This document shows, piece after piece, positions 18,973-28,905 of a DNA stretch of 64,000 nucleotides. The DNA lies in assembly GCA_964653055.1 (NCBI GenBank), contig CAZZCA010000002.1, forward strand, positions 2,822-66,821, written 5' to 3'. Made by a program: the position numbers and the translations under genes. This DNA comes from an uncultured Desulfobulbia bacterium. Its GTDB lineage: Bacteria; Desulfobacterota; Desulfobulbia; Desulfobulbales; SURF-16. Under the pieces are notes generated by a model. It saw nothing but the letters and a program-made list of their open reading frames with translations, was not told the origin of the DNA and did not search any database. Position 1 is the first letter of the stretch; the number at the start of each line of letters is the position of its first letter.

Positions 18973-19556
18973 GGGTGAATCCTTGTAATTTCTTTTTCGG
19001 TTATCAGGTATTGCAGGGGGATGTCATGGGCCATGGTGGGGACTTTGTTAACCACCTGGGTTTCATAGGCCAGGCCGATTCGCAGGGCCTGGGGGGCCTG
19101 GTTGGCCAGAAAACGGTCATAATAGCCGCCGCCATAGCCCAGGCGTCCGCCTTGACGGTCAAAGACGCTTCCCGGGATCAGGACAATATCCAGCTTGTCC
19201 GGGGCGATTGCAGAAAGTTTTTTAGAGTCCGGCTCCGGGATCTGGCAATACCCCGGAATAAGGTCATCATCCGGCCTGGTGATCAGGTAGGGAACGAGAC
19301 GGTGATCCCGGGTAAGGGTAAGGGGAGCTGCAGTCCGGATATTTTGTGTTCGGCATTGCTTGAAAAGGTCCATGGTTTCCACTTCGCTGCGGAAATTGAC
19401 ATAGAGCATGATGGTGGCGGCTTCTTTCGTTGCCGGAATCTGCCAGAGGTTCTGTAAGATAAGTTTGCTGGCTGTGGCCCTGGTGGTGGCTGGAAGCTTG
19501 TCCCTTTTGTTTAAAATCTGCTGACGCAGGGTATGTCTCGGGTCTTCTTTTGCCAT
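18969..19556 (-). CDS. 5-formyltetrahydrofolate cyclo-ligase
   Basis: 195 aa with the GGRLGYGGGYYDRFL signature. Confidence 0.92.
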   Translation of the reverse strand: MAKEDPRHTLRQQILNKRDKLPATTRATASKLILQNLWQIPATKEAATIMLYVNFRSEVETMDLFKQCRTQNIRTAAPLTLTRDHRLVPYLITRPDDDLIPGYCQIPEPDSKKLSAIAPDKLDIVLIPGSVFDRQGGRLGYGGGYYDRFLANQAPQALRIGLAYETQVVNKVPTMAHDIPLQYLITEKEITRIHP

Positions 19557-19557
19557 C

Positions 19558-20310
19558 TTATTTCTTGTTTTTTTGCTGGCTGAGCCAGATTATCTGCCGG
19601 CAAAATCCCCTGATGAATTTTACCTCCCGAGCCCGCAGCTGGAGACGATTGCCCAGGCTGCGCAGGTTATGCATCCAGTAATTATAGTCGTTTTCCTTTA
19701 AATAATCTATGGCCCGCAGGCTGGAGTCAAGCAAGCTATACATCTCTTCTCTTTCCTGGGAGTTGGCAAGTTTGGGGCCTGGGGTCGGCCCTTTTTCTAG
19801 TTCTTCCCGGGCCCTGGCTGTAATCTCCCAGCAGACGATGGCCACGGCCTGGGCCAGGTTGAGAGAGGCCATGTCAACGGTGGGAATGGTGGCCACCATA
19901 TTGCAAAGACTCAGGTCATCATTGGTCAGACCCCGATCTTCCGGGCCAAAAACCAGGGCAACTGGGTTATTGGTAAGCTGTGGGATGATTTCTCTGCTGG
20001 CCGTTTCCAGCCGGCGGATATTGTGGCGTTGCCGACCCTGGCGGGCGCTGGTTCCCAACACCCAGCCAAAGGGGGCCAGGGCCTCGGTGAGGGTGGGGTA
20101 GAGTTCGATATGGTCGATGAGGTGTCTGGCATGGTGGGTGGCCATCCTTTCCATTGGTTCCCGATCCGGCATCTGCCGGCGGATTACAATGATCTGCCTT
20201 ACCCCTAAATTGGCCCCAACCCGGGCTGCAGCCCCGACATTTTCCGGGTATTTCGGTTGCACCAGGACAATGGCGGTTTTGGCCAGGGGATTTTGCTCAG
20301 GACTCTTCAT
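19558..20310 (-). CDS. trmJ: TrmH/SpoU-family RNA 2'-O-methyltransferase (TrmJ-like)
   Basis: Motifs YPENVGAAARVGANLG, LVFGPEDRGLTNDDL, SLNLAQAVAIV. Start placed at MKSPEQN; the longest ORF reaches 20349. Confidence 0.85.
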   Translation of the reverse strand: MKSPEQNPLAKTAIVLVQPKYPENVGAAARVGANLGVRQIIVIRRQMPDREPMERMATHHARHLIDHIELYPTLTEALAPFGWVLGTSARQGRQRHNIRRLETASREIIPQLTNNPVALVFGPEDRGLTNDDLSLCNMVATIPTVDMASLNLAQAVAIVCWEITARAREELEKGPTPGPKLANSQEREEMYSLLDSSLRAIDYLKENDYNYWMHNLRSLGNRLQLRAREVKFIRGFCRQIIWLSQQKNKK

Positions 20311-22471
20311 GGAGAATAAAATTAATGCGCTGGCGCCGACGATCAACATGGATCAGCTCGACTGTTACCGGGTCGCCAAGGTGATAACTGTGACCACTGC
20401 CCAGGGCCAGCAGGATATGGTTTTTTTCATCCACATGGAATGAGTGGCCAGCCAGGTCTTCTATCATAATGGCGCCACTGATCAGTGAGTCGGTTAATTC
20501 AACGAAGATGGCAAAGGAGGTGATCCCGGAAATAACCCCGGTAAAGGTCTGACCGATGCGGTCAGCCATATACATGGCCTTGAGCCGGTTCATAACCTCC
20601 CGTTCGGCTTTCATGGAGACTCGTTCCCGAATTGACAGGTGCTCGGCCTTATCTGTCAGGGCGGAGTCTTTGGCGGTTTTTTTGTCCTGGCTCAGGATAT
20701 TCGCAAGCTGGCGGTGGACCATGAGGTCGGGATAGCGTCTGATGGGGGAGGTGAAATGGGAGTAATAGGAAGCTGCCAGGGCGAAATGGCCTGAATTGTC
20801 CGGGCTGTAGCGGGCCTGCTGCATCACCCGCAGGATCATATTGTTGATAATATAGGCCCTTTCCTCGCTTTGCCGGATCAGGTCCTGAAACCACTGACAG
20901 GAGCCGTTCGTCTGCTCAGAGTCCAGGCCCAGGGACTGGACAAAGGTTGTCAGCTCTTCCACCTTTAAGGCAGATGGGGTCTCATGGATACGAAAGATGG
21001 CGTCGAGATTGCTTTTGGCCAGGGTTTCAGCCACTGCCTCGTTGGCGGCAAGCATGAACTCCTCAATAATTTTATGGGCAATATTTCGTTCATGGAGGTT
21101 AACCGCCTGAACACGGTCGTGGTCAGGATCGATTTCAAGCCGGGCCTCGCCGAGCTCCAGGTTGATGCTTCCCCGTTTAACCCGGTTATGGTTTAATTGT
21201 TCGGCCAGGCAGGCCATGGGCTTAAGGTGGCCAAGAAGGTCATCTTCCCCGGCAGCCTTCTCCGGCCTGGTCAGAATCTCGCTTACCAGGTTATAGGTGA
21301 GCCGGCGTTTGCTGTTGATGATGGACCTGGCAAAGCTCATCTTCTGCCGGCGGCCCTTGCGGTCAAAGTCTAGAACAGCGGTGAAGGCGTAGCGGTCAAG
21401 GCCTTCTTTCAGGCTGCAGAGCTCATTGGAGAGCTCTTCCGGCAGCATGGGCAGAACCCTGGTGGGGAAATAGGTGCTGGTGCCTCGCAGGTATGCTTCC
21501 TGATCCAGGGCCGAGCCGGGTTTGACATAATGGCTGACATCAGCAATGGAAACATGGAGACGAAAACCCATTTTTGTTTTTTCGATGGCCACGGCATCGT
21601 CAAAGTCCCGGGCTGATTCGCTGTCAATGGTCAGATGGAAAATGTCCCGCAGGTCAAGGCGATCATCGTTGGGACGAACCCTGGGGTCGAGTCCGGTGGC
21701 CTGCTGGCGGCAGGCAGGGGGGAAATTCCGCCGCAGCTTATGGTTGTAAATGGTGATTTCGGTCTGGACCTGGACGGTGTCAGGGTCTCCCAGGACCTGG
21801 ATAATACGGCCCTGTTTGCGGTTTTCTTCAAGTTGGCAGATTACGCAGTCACCATCCTGGGCCCCAGTGGCCGTTTGGGGGTCAAGGGTGATGGTAAAGG
21901 GGAAATGCTCGTCTTCCGGGACAAGGGTTAATTGTTTGCCCCTGGCCTGGAGGATGCCGATAATCTCGTCGTTTCCCCGGCTGGTAATGGCAATGATCTC
22001 CCCTTCGCTCCGACCTCTTCCTCTTCCCTTGCCGATGATCAACAGAACCTGATCACCATGGATGGCGTCGGTAAGTTTTCGGGCTGGAATGAAGATATCA
22101 TCCTGCTGGCCACGGATCTGGTCAGGGGTGACAAAGCCGAAGCCCCGGGGGTTGACGCTCAGGCTGCCCTGAACAACAGATTTGCGGTTAATGGCGTATT
22201 GTTTGCCATGGCATTGAAGCAGGTTCTGTTCACAGAGCTGGTTAAGAAGTTTCTTGAGCTTCTTGGGCTCAAGACCAATAGCTGCTGCCTCCCGGATCTC
22301 TTTTAATCCTGCCGGTTCGGTAAATTGATGGACAGCCCTGAGAAGAGCGCTTAAATCTCCTTTTGCCAGCAGGTTTTCGGCCGGGGCTGAGCGCAGGGAA
22401 TTATTTTTGGTTCTTTTGCGGCGACTGCTGCGGGAGCCGGGTTCTTTTTTCTTCCATCTTTTCTTGCGCAC
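20297..22471 (-). CDS. rnr: Ribonuclease R
   Basis: 724 aa with cold-shock-like N-terminus (GFGFV), RNB domain (IDSESARDFDDA, YFPTRVLPMLPE, YSHFTSPIRRYPDL), and C-terminal S1 domain. Apparent GTG start. Confidence 0.94.
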   Translation of the reverse strand: MRKKRWKKKEPGSRSSRRKRTKNNSLRSAPAENLLAKGDLSALLRAVHQFTEPAGLKEIREAAAIGLEPKKLKKLLNQLCEQNLLQCHGKQYAINRKSVVQGSLSVNPRGFGFVTPDQIRGQQDDIFIPARKLTDAIHGDQVLLIIGKGRGRGRSEGEIIAITSRGNDEIIGILQARGKQLTLVPEDEHFPFTITLDPQTATGAQDGDCVICQLEENRKQGRIIQVLGDPDTVQVQTEITIYNHKLRRNFPPACRQQATGLDPRVRPNDDRLDLRDIFHLTIDSESARDFDDAVAIEKTKMGFRLHVSIADVSHYVKPGSALDQEAYLRGTSTYFPTRVLPMLPEELSNELCSLKEGLDRYAFTAVLDFDRKGRRQKMSFARSIINSKRRLTYNLVSEILTRPEKAAGEDDLLGHLKPMACLAEQLNHNRVKRGSINLELGEARLEIDPDHDRVQAVNLHERNIAHKIIEEFMLAANEAVAETLAKSNLDAIFRIHETPSALKVEELTTFVQSLGLDSEQTNGSCQWFQDLIRQSEERAYIINNMILRVMQQARYSPDNSGHFALAASYYSHFTSPIRRYPDLMVHRQLANILSQDKKTAKDSALTDKAEHLSIRERVSMKAEREVMNRLKAMYMADRIGQTFTGVISGITSFAIFVELTDSLISGAIMIEDLAGHSFHVDEKNHILLALGSGHSYHLGDPVTVELIHVDRRRQRINFILHEES

Positions 22472-22623
22472 GGTTGGTATCTATGGTTTTTTGTATTTGA
22501 TAGGGGGCTTTAGCCTCTAAATTAAGGTCTTTCAGGAGTTTTATTCCGTTGGGCCTGTTCTTTCAAGGTATTTGCTTGTCCCGGTAATTAATCCGGGATG
22601 ATTATTCGATTCAGGCGGGGTTA

Positions 22624-24726
22624 ATGCCGAGCTCTAATGTTTTTGACATAGGTGCCTATTGTCAGCGGATGGAAAGGTACCTTGGTGATCAGGACGGGGT
22701 GGCCCGGCTTTTTTGGCGGGCCCTTTCCTTCGGAGTTGATGCCCATCAGTATCAGATGCGTAAATCAGGGGAGGCCTATGTCAGTCATCCCTGCCTTGTT
22801 GCCCTTATTCTGGTGGAGGAGCTGGGTGTCACCGATCCGGCGACTCTGGCTGCCGCCATGCTCCATGATACCATTGAGGATGTGGAAGATGTGACCAGTG
22901 AGGTTATTTCTTCCATCTTCGGTAAGCATGTGGCCGCCATTGTGGACGGCTGCACCAAGATCAGCAATTTTGACGGTGATCGTCAGAGTTTTTCCAAAAT
23001 GGTTCATCGCAAGATCTTTGCCCAGGCCTCTTCCCGGGTGGAGATCCTGCTGGTTAAGCTGGCTGACCGGCTCCATAATCTCCGGACCATGGACGCCATG
23101 CCCCGTCATAAACGGCAGAAGATTGCTGACGAGACCCTGGCGGTTTATGCCCCCATGTCCGGGATCATGGGACTTTATGCCCTGAAACGGGAGCTTTATG
23201 ACCTGGCTTTGATCTATAAATTTCCTCGTCAGGGGCAGAAGGTCATGGGGGTGATCCGTAAGCTGGAGAAGCTGGAGCAGGCCCAGGTTATCTGTGATGA
23301 CCTGAAAGAATCCCTGATTCAGGCCGGGGTGGAGGCCGAGGTTCGTTTGAAGGCCAAGGGACTGTGGGCCTATTATGATCCCCTTAGCCGCATTCTTTCC
23401 CGGCAGCTGGAAAACCCTCTGGAGGTATTGGTGGTGGTGGATGGTGTTCATTCCTGCTATCAGGCCCTGGGGGTGATTAATCAGCTCTTTCCCCCCATCC
23501 CCCGGACCATCCGCGATTTTATTGCCAACCCCAAGGCCACCGGCTACCAGAGCCTGCATTCCAGGGCCAATATCCGGGGTCGTAATTATCTTTTCAAGAT
23601 CAGGACCAGTGAGATGATGGCTGATGCCCGTAACGGTATTGTCCGGGAATGGCTTACCCAGCGGACTGTGCCCGGCGGTTTCCCCCGGGAGATCCGGGAG
23701 ATGCTGGGGATTTTAGGACGGGACGACAGTTATCGTGATATCATCGCCGCCAGCGGCAAGAAAGAGATCTATACCTATACCCCCAAGGGTGATTGTTTTT
23801 CTCTGCCCCGGAACAGCACTGTCCTGGATTTTGCCTTTAAGGTCCATACCGAGGTTGGTCGCCGTTGTCTGGGGGCCAAGGTTGGTCAGCAACAGGTGGG
23901 GGTTGACCATGTTCTTGCCGATGGCGACCGGGTCAGGATAATTACCCGGGAGGAGCCGGTTCGTTTTGAGCCGGAGATCCATCAATTATGTCAGACAGCC
24001 CGGGCCCGTTCAGAATTATCCCGCAATTTCCGTTTTCGCCGTCAGCAATTGGCCCGGCGCATTGGCCGCTCATTGCTCGAGCAGGAATTAAAACGTTATG
24101 GCATGCCCTTAGAGCTCCTGGAAAAAGATGAGTTTGATCATATTCTCGAGTATTACGGGGCGGAAGACCTGCCGGCCCTCTATCTGGCCATTGGTCAGGG
24201 CCGTCAGCGCTTAAAAGAGCTGCTCTATGAGATTAAAAACGGTCTCTATGCCGATCGGCAGACCCTGCTGCCCCCCACCGGTGCCCTTAATCGGGTTTAT
24301 CTGGAGACCCTTGACCAGGCCTGTATCAAGCTTTCCCGGTGTTGCCGGCCGGCTCCCACGGAAAAGGGGCTCCTGGCCCTGATGGATGATCGCGGCCTTT
24401 CGGTGCACAGGAAGGAATGTTCCCGGCTTAAGGGGTTGAAGATGCAGCGGGAGGATGTTCTGGAGGTTCGCTGGCATTTGAAAAACACCAGGGTACGGAA
24501 ACGGCAGAACCTGCTGGTTCTGGATACCCCCCGGAATAGATTGTTTATGATGCTCAGTGTGGCACCCCTTGCCATGAAGATTGTCGATGTTGACGGGCTT
24601 TCCCGCCAGGCCAGTGCCGGTGCCTGGGATATTGCCTTTGAGGTGCAGACCCTGCAGGAATTGAAGTATGTACTTCAGCATTTTCAAAAGGGTAAGCTCG
24701 ACTATGAATTTGCTCTGGAGCAGTGA
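22624..24726 (+). CDS. Long RelA/SpoT homolog (HD hydrolase + synthetase-like + TGS + C-terminal regulatory region); synthetase motifs look degenerate
   Basis: Hydrolase motifs are present: KSGEAYVSHP, LHDTIEDV, LVKLADRLHNLRTM. The synthetase-like region keeps PKATGYQSLHS but has LFKIRT where EVQIRT is expected. TGS motif: IYTYTPKGDCFSLPRNSTVLDFAFKVH. Confidence 0.9.
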   Translation: MPSSNVFDIGAYCQRMERYLGDQDGVARLFWRALSFGVDAHQYQMRKSGEAYVSHPCLVALILVEELGVTDPATLAAAMLHDTIEDVEDVTSEVISSIFGKHVAAIVDGCTKISNFDGDRQSFSKMVHRKIFAQASSRVEILLVKLADRLHNLRTMDAMPRHKRQKIADETLAVYAPMSGIMGLYALKRELYDLALIYKFPRQGQKVMGVIRKLEKLEQAQVICDDLKESLIQAGVEAEVRLKAKGLWAYYDPLSRILSRQLENPLEVLVVVDGVHSCYQALGVINQLFPPIPRTIRDFIANPKATGYQSLHSRANIRGRNYLFKIRTSEMMADARNGIVREWLTQRTVPGGFPREIREMLGILGRDDSYRDIIAASGKKEIYTYTPKGDCFSLPRNSTVLDFAFKVHTEVGRRCLGAKVGQQQVGVDHVLADGDRVRIITREEPVRFEPEIHQLCQTARARSELSRNFRFRRQQLARRIGRSLLEQELKRYGMPLELLEKDEFDHILEYYGAEDLPALYLAIGQGRQRLKELLYEIKNGLYADRQTLLPPTGALNRVYLETLDQACIKLSRCCRPAPTEKGLLALMDDRGLSVHRKECSRLKGLKMQREDVLEVRWHLKNTRVRKRQNLLVLDTPRNRLFMMLSVAPLAMKIVDVDGLSRQASAGAWDIAFEVQTLQELKYVLQHFQKGKLDYEFALEQ

Positions 24727-27700
24727 CCCAGGAAAAAGAGGAGAATGTCCCGATTATGGTTGATTCTGTCATAAGGCAATTTGTCGGAGTTGACCTGTTT
24801 ATCGGCCGGGAGCAGGAGCTTGCCTCCCTCTGGCTTGCCCATCATAGAATCTCTGGCGGCCCTGCCGTAATGGTGCTGATTGCCGGCGAGTCAGGTGTGG
24901 GCAAGACCTGCCTGGTTGACAACCTGGGTCGGCAATTGGCTGAGAATGACCACCTCTTGATCAGGGGCAAATTTGATCAGTTTGACCTGGGAGTTCCTTA
25001 TAGCGGCTTTGTTCAGGCCCTTGATCAACTGGCCGTGCATCTGCTCAGCCTTGACCAGGATGACCGGCTTGCCTTTTGTCATCGTTTTGAGCGGGAGATG
25101 GCCGGCAACGGATTCCTGGTCACCGGCCTGGCTCCCCGCCTGGAAGAAATTGTCGGCCCCCAGCCGTCCCTGGCCAGTGTTGGTGAAAAGGAAGGCCGGA
25201 ATCGTTTTGAGCAGGCCCTGGAGTCTTTTTTCCGGGTTATTGCTACCCGGGAGCACCCTCTCACTCTTTTTCTTGATGATCTTCAATGGGTTGGTCAGGC
25301 TTCCCTTGGTCTGTTGCAGCGGCTGCTGACCCGTAACCAATATCTCTTAATCATCGGCGCCTGTCGCTCGGGGGAGGTGGGGGAGGACCATTGTCTCTCC
25401 GTTTTTCTCGATTCTTGCAATAAGCATGGTGACAGTGGCGGGGTGGGTACCCTGCCCAACCTGGTGACAGACCATCTTTCCTGCTTTTCCCGGGGCAATA
25501 TGGTTCTGGCAATTATTCTTGAACCATTTGATCTTGTCCAGGTAGGCAAGCTTGCCTCCAGTCTTTTGTATGGTCAGCAACTTCCCTCTTCTTTAAGCAG
25601 TTTATTGCAGGCAAAGACCGGTGGTAATCCTTTGCTCGTTAAGCAGGTTCTTGCCTCTCTCTGGCTTGAAGGGGTTATCTTTATTGACCAGGAAGGTGGT
25701 GAGTGGAAATGGAATCAGGAGGAGGTCGACAGGTTTTTTGCAGGTGATATAAACAAGCTGATTAATAGACAATTATCCCACTATAACGATGAAGAGCTCC
25801 ATCTCCTGGGATTTGCCGCCTGTCTTGGCTATCGATTTAATGCAGACCTTATGGCGCTGGTCAGTAATTTTGCCAGATCCCGTGTTCTTGATTTCTTCCA
25901 GCGCCTGACCGGGGACGGTTTGCTGGTGCATGAGAGAGGTGGTAACGGATTCTATCATTTTGCCCATGATCGTTTTCAGGGCGCGGCCTATTTGCTGGTC
26001 AAAGACGATGAGCGGGCCTCTCAGCACCTGGCCATTGCCCGGGGAGTGCAGCGTTATTGGGGTGATGTCCGGGACGAGGCCATATTCTTTCTCATGGTGG
26101 AGCAGTTTAATAAGGGTTCGTCTCTTCTTGTTGACACAAAAGCAAAATTTGAGCTGGCCAGGTTCAACCTGGAGGCTGGATACAAGGCTCGTAAGGGCAC
26201 GGATTATAATCGGGCCGAGCACTACTTCACCCTTGGTCTGGCCATCTTGCCGGATGATTGCTGGGAAAGTGATTATGGCTTAACCGTTAATCTGGCCCGG
26301 CAACAGGGGGAATGCCTTTTCCTCATAGGCGATTTGGCCGGCTCAGAAGCGGCTTTTCGGAAAATTCTCCAGCAATCCCTTGATATTCTCGATCGGGTTG
26401 CAGTTCATGAATATATGATTCTCATCCATGAGAGCAAGGATGACCCGGAAGAGGGATTGGCCTGGGGCTTCAGGGGTCTTGCCCTGCTTGGGGAAAAGGT
26501 AAGCTCTTCTGCTGTGGCCCTGCAAATATTAAGGGAGCTTGCCCTGGTGCGTTGGCGGCTGCGGGGTCAGCGATTGCAGCAGTTTGCCCGTTTGGCCCCC
26601 ATGGAGAATGATCGGATTAAGGCCAGGTTTAACCTGATGATGCGGATGATGCCGGTATCGTATTTTGTTGATATTAATGTTTCGGTTTTTCTTGCCCTCA
26701 GGATGACCAATCTGTCATTGGCTTATGGTCTTCATCCGGCAACCTCTTTTGCTCTGTTGACCTATGCGGTGGCGGAGGGTTCTTTTTTTGGGCGTTACCA
26801 GTTTGCCAGCCAGGTAGCAGATCAGGCCATGTTTCTTTCCAGGGAGGATGGTTCCGACTCTTTTACAACCAGAATTGGGCATCTTTATGGCACCTTTATC
26901 TGTCATTGGACCAAGCCTCTTCCCCTGGCAATAAGAGAGCTGGAGGGTGCAATTGATATTGCAGGGGTCAATGGTGATGTCTTTTATGGTCATTATGCCC
27001 TGTCGGCGCTGCTCCTTGATCAGCTAATGGCAGGTTACTCTCTGTCGTCAATTGAGGATCTGGCAAGACTTGCCAGCATTGAAGAACCTGATTTGTATTT
27101 TCATAATATATTACAGATTTCGTCCTTGGTTCCCGTTGTTTTGGCAATGCTGAGGGGGCAGGAGCCGGGGCAGGTTAATTTGCCGGCTGTGGAGGGACTG
27201 GGTCGAGTTGAAGAGGTGTTTGAGCAATTCAAGAAGACAAAGATAGATAGTTATTATCATTATTTCATCATCTTTAGGATGGTGTCTTTATATCTTGCTG
27301 CTGATTATCGGCAGGCTCGGTCTCTGGCTGTTGAAATTGAACATGAGGTTGGCAGTAAGCTGTTGGGGCAATTAGCAGTGCCTGTTCATAATTTTTTTTA
27401 TTCCCTGAGCCTTGCTGGTTGTTATCGGGAGGCGTGCCGGCTGGAAAAAATGAAGATAAGGGGGCAGATCTGGCTCAATCAGCGAAAGATGGGGCGTTGG
27501 GCTGAAAATAGTCCGGAAAATTTTCAGCCTTGTTATCTTCTGGTGGAGGCAGAGCGAGCCTGTTTGCGCCATGATGATGGCCGGGCTGAGGAGCTTTATC
27601 AAAAGGCAGCTGAGCTGGCGGAAGAAAACGGGTTTAATCATTATGCCGGGATTGCCTGGGAGCGCCTGGCCATGCTTTATCTTGTCGGCGGTGGCAATGA

Positions 27701-28886
27701 AGAGGGTGAGCAGGCCCTTGGTAAGGCCTGGCAGTTTTTTTCTGATTGGGGTGGTACGGCCAAGCTCAAGCAGATGGCAGCCCGCTACCAGTCCCTTGTC
27801 CCCATGTCTGTTTCTCTTGCCGACCAAAAGGTAATGGCAGAGGGCGACGGTCAGTATCAATTATTGGCGGATAATGTTCGGGATGCGATCTGGGCCATGG
27901 ATCTTAATTTTAATTTCACCTATATCAGTCCTTCGGTTACGCAGCAGCGCGGTTATTCGGTGGATGAGGCCATGGCCCTTGGCCTGGCCGGCACCCTTGC
28001 CCCGTCGTCCTATGAAAAGGTGGTGGCCCTTATTGCCGGGATCATGCCTCAGCTCCAGACTGGTCAGTTTTCCGGGTTTGGTCGATCCCTCGAGCTGGAG
28101 ATGACCCATAAGGATGGGTCTTGGGGCTGGTATGAAGTGAATATGGATGTGCTTAAGGATCGGCATAATAGGCCCATTGGTTTTTCCGGGGTCAGTCGGG
28201 ATATCGGTAAGCGTCGTGAGCTGATTAAGCGCATGGAGGGTTCGGAAAAACGCCTGCATCGTCTGGCTGGTCATCTTCAGCAGGGCCGGGAGAGAGAACG
28301 GGCCCGGATTGCCAGGGAGATGCATGACGAGCTGGGACAGGCCCTGACCGGCCTGCGCCTGGATATGATGGGACTTTATCGCCGTCAGCAGAGGATGGAG
28401 CAGGGAAGTGAAGAGGTCCGGCAGATGATTAAAACGGTTGAAGAGCTGTCGGCCTCGGTTCAGCGGATGTGCGGAGAGTTGCGGCCCAGCCTCCTGGACA
28501 ATCTCGGGTTGAAGGCGGCCATGGATCATCAGCTCAGGGAGTTTGCCCGTCGTCATCCGGACTGTGAGGTGCTCCAGGAAATTGATGAAACTGTTCTCGA
28601 TCCGGAGCGATCCATTACTGTTTATCGGATCTTGCAGGAAAGTCTTACCAATATTTTGCGCCATGCCGGGGCCAGCCGGGTGCTGGTAAGTTTTCGTCTG
28701 ATGGATGATGATCAGGTTAAACTGGAGGTGGCAGACAATGGCCGGGGAATTCCGGTGGAGAAGCTTGATGATGTCAGTTCTTACGGTATTGGCGGGATGC
28801 GGGAGCGGGCCCAGACCTGGAACGGGCGGCTGGAGATTGAAGGGGGAGATGGCACCTTGATCCGCCTGGTGATGCCAATGAGATAG
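24723..28886 (+). CDS. AAA16/STAND-type ATPase - TPR-like helical region - PAS - HisKA_3/HATPase_c sensor histidine kinase
   Basis: 1387 aa with Walker A GESGVGKT (24885-24908). PAS region begins around YQLLADNVRDAIWAMD. HisKA_3 H-box REMHDELGQ (His codon 28323-28325). HATPase N/G boxes: NILRHAGA, DNGRGI. Start is either GTG 24723 (GTGA overlap with the RSH stop) or ATG 24756 preceded by AGAGGAG. Confidence 0.88.
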   Translation: MTQEKEENVPIMVDSVIRQFVGVDLFIGREQELASLWLAHHRISGGPAVMVLIAGESGVGKTCLVDNLGRQLAENDHLLIRGKFDQFDLGVPYSGFVQALDQLAVHLLSLDQDDRLAFCHRFEREMAGNGFLVTGLAPRLEEIVGPQPSLASVGEKEGRNRFEQALESFFRVIATREHPLTLFLDDLQWVGQASLGLLQRLLTRNQYLLIIGACRSGEVGEDHCLSVFLDSCNKHGDSGGVGTLPNLVTDHLSCFSRGNMVLAIILEPFDLVQVGKLASSLLYGQQLPSSLSSLLQAKTGGNPLLVKQVLASLWLEGVIFIDQEGGEWKWNQEEVDRFFAGDINKLINRQLSHYNDEELHLLGFAACLGYRFNADLMALVSNFARSRVLDFFQRLTGDGLLVHERGGNGFYHFAHDRFQGAAYLLVKDDERASQHLAIARGVQRYWGDVRDEAIFFLMVEQFNKGSSLLVDTKAKFELARFNLEAGYKARKGTDYNRAEHYFTLGLAILPDDCWESDYGLTVNLARQQGECLFLIGDLAGSEAAFRKILQQSLDILDRVAVHEYMILIHESKDDPEEGLAWGFRGLALLGEKVSSSAVALQILRELALVRWRLRGQRLQQFARLAPMENDRIKARFNLMMRMMPVSYFVDINVSVFLALRMTNLSLAYGLHPATSFALLTYAVAEGSFFGRYQFASQVADQAMFLSREDGSDSFTTRIGHLYGTFICHWTKPLPLAIRELEGAIDIAGVNGDVFYGHYALSALLLDQLMAGYSLSSIEDLARLASIEEPDLYFHNILQISSLVPVVLAMLRGQEPGQVNLPAVEGLGRVEEVFEQFKKTKIDSYYHYFIIFRMVSLYLAADYRQARSLAVEIEHEVGSKLLGQLAVPVHNFFYSLSLAGCYREACRLEKMKIRGQIWLNQRKMGRWAENSPENFQPCYLLVEAERACLRHDDGRAEELYQKAAELAEENGFNHYAGIAWERLAMLYLVGGGNEEGEQALGKAWQFFSDWGGTAKLKQMAARYQSLVPMSVSLADQKVMAEGDGQYQLLADNVRDAIWAMDLNFNFTYISPSVTQQRGYSVDEAMALGLAGTLAPSSYEKVVALIAGIMPQLQTGQFSGFGRSLELEMTHKDGSWGWYEVNMDVLKDRHNRPIGFSGVSRDIGKRRELIKRMEGSEKRLHRLAGHLQQGRERERARIAREMHDELGQALTGLRLDMMGLYRRQQRMEQGSEEVRQMIKTVEELSASVQRMCGELRPSLLDNLGLKAAMDHQLREFARRHPDCEVLQEIDETVLDPERSITVYRILQESLTNILRHAGASRVLVSFRLMDDDQVKLEVADNGRGIPVEKLDDVSSYGIGGMRERAQTWNGRLEIEGGDGTLIRLVMPMR

Positions 28887-28905
28887 GTTTTTGTCCGGGC
28901 TCTGG

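Noticed and set aside
24723-28886. AAA16/STAND NTPase interpreted as an Avs-like antiphage sensor.
   Set aside because: The C-terminus is a PAS-HisKA_3-HATPase signalling module, not a nuclease, protease or other death effector. The gene is operonic with an RSH gene in a housekeeping context, so a signalling kinase is the better reading.
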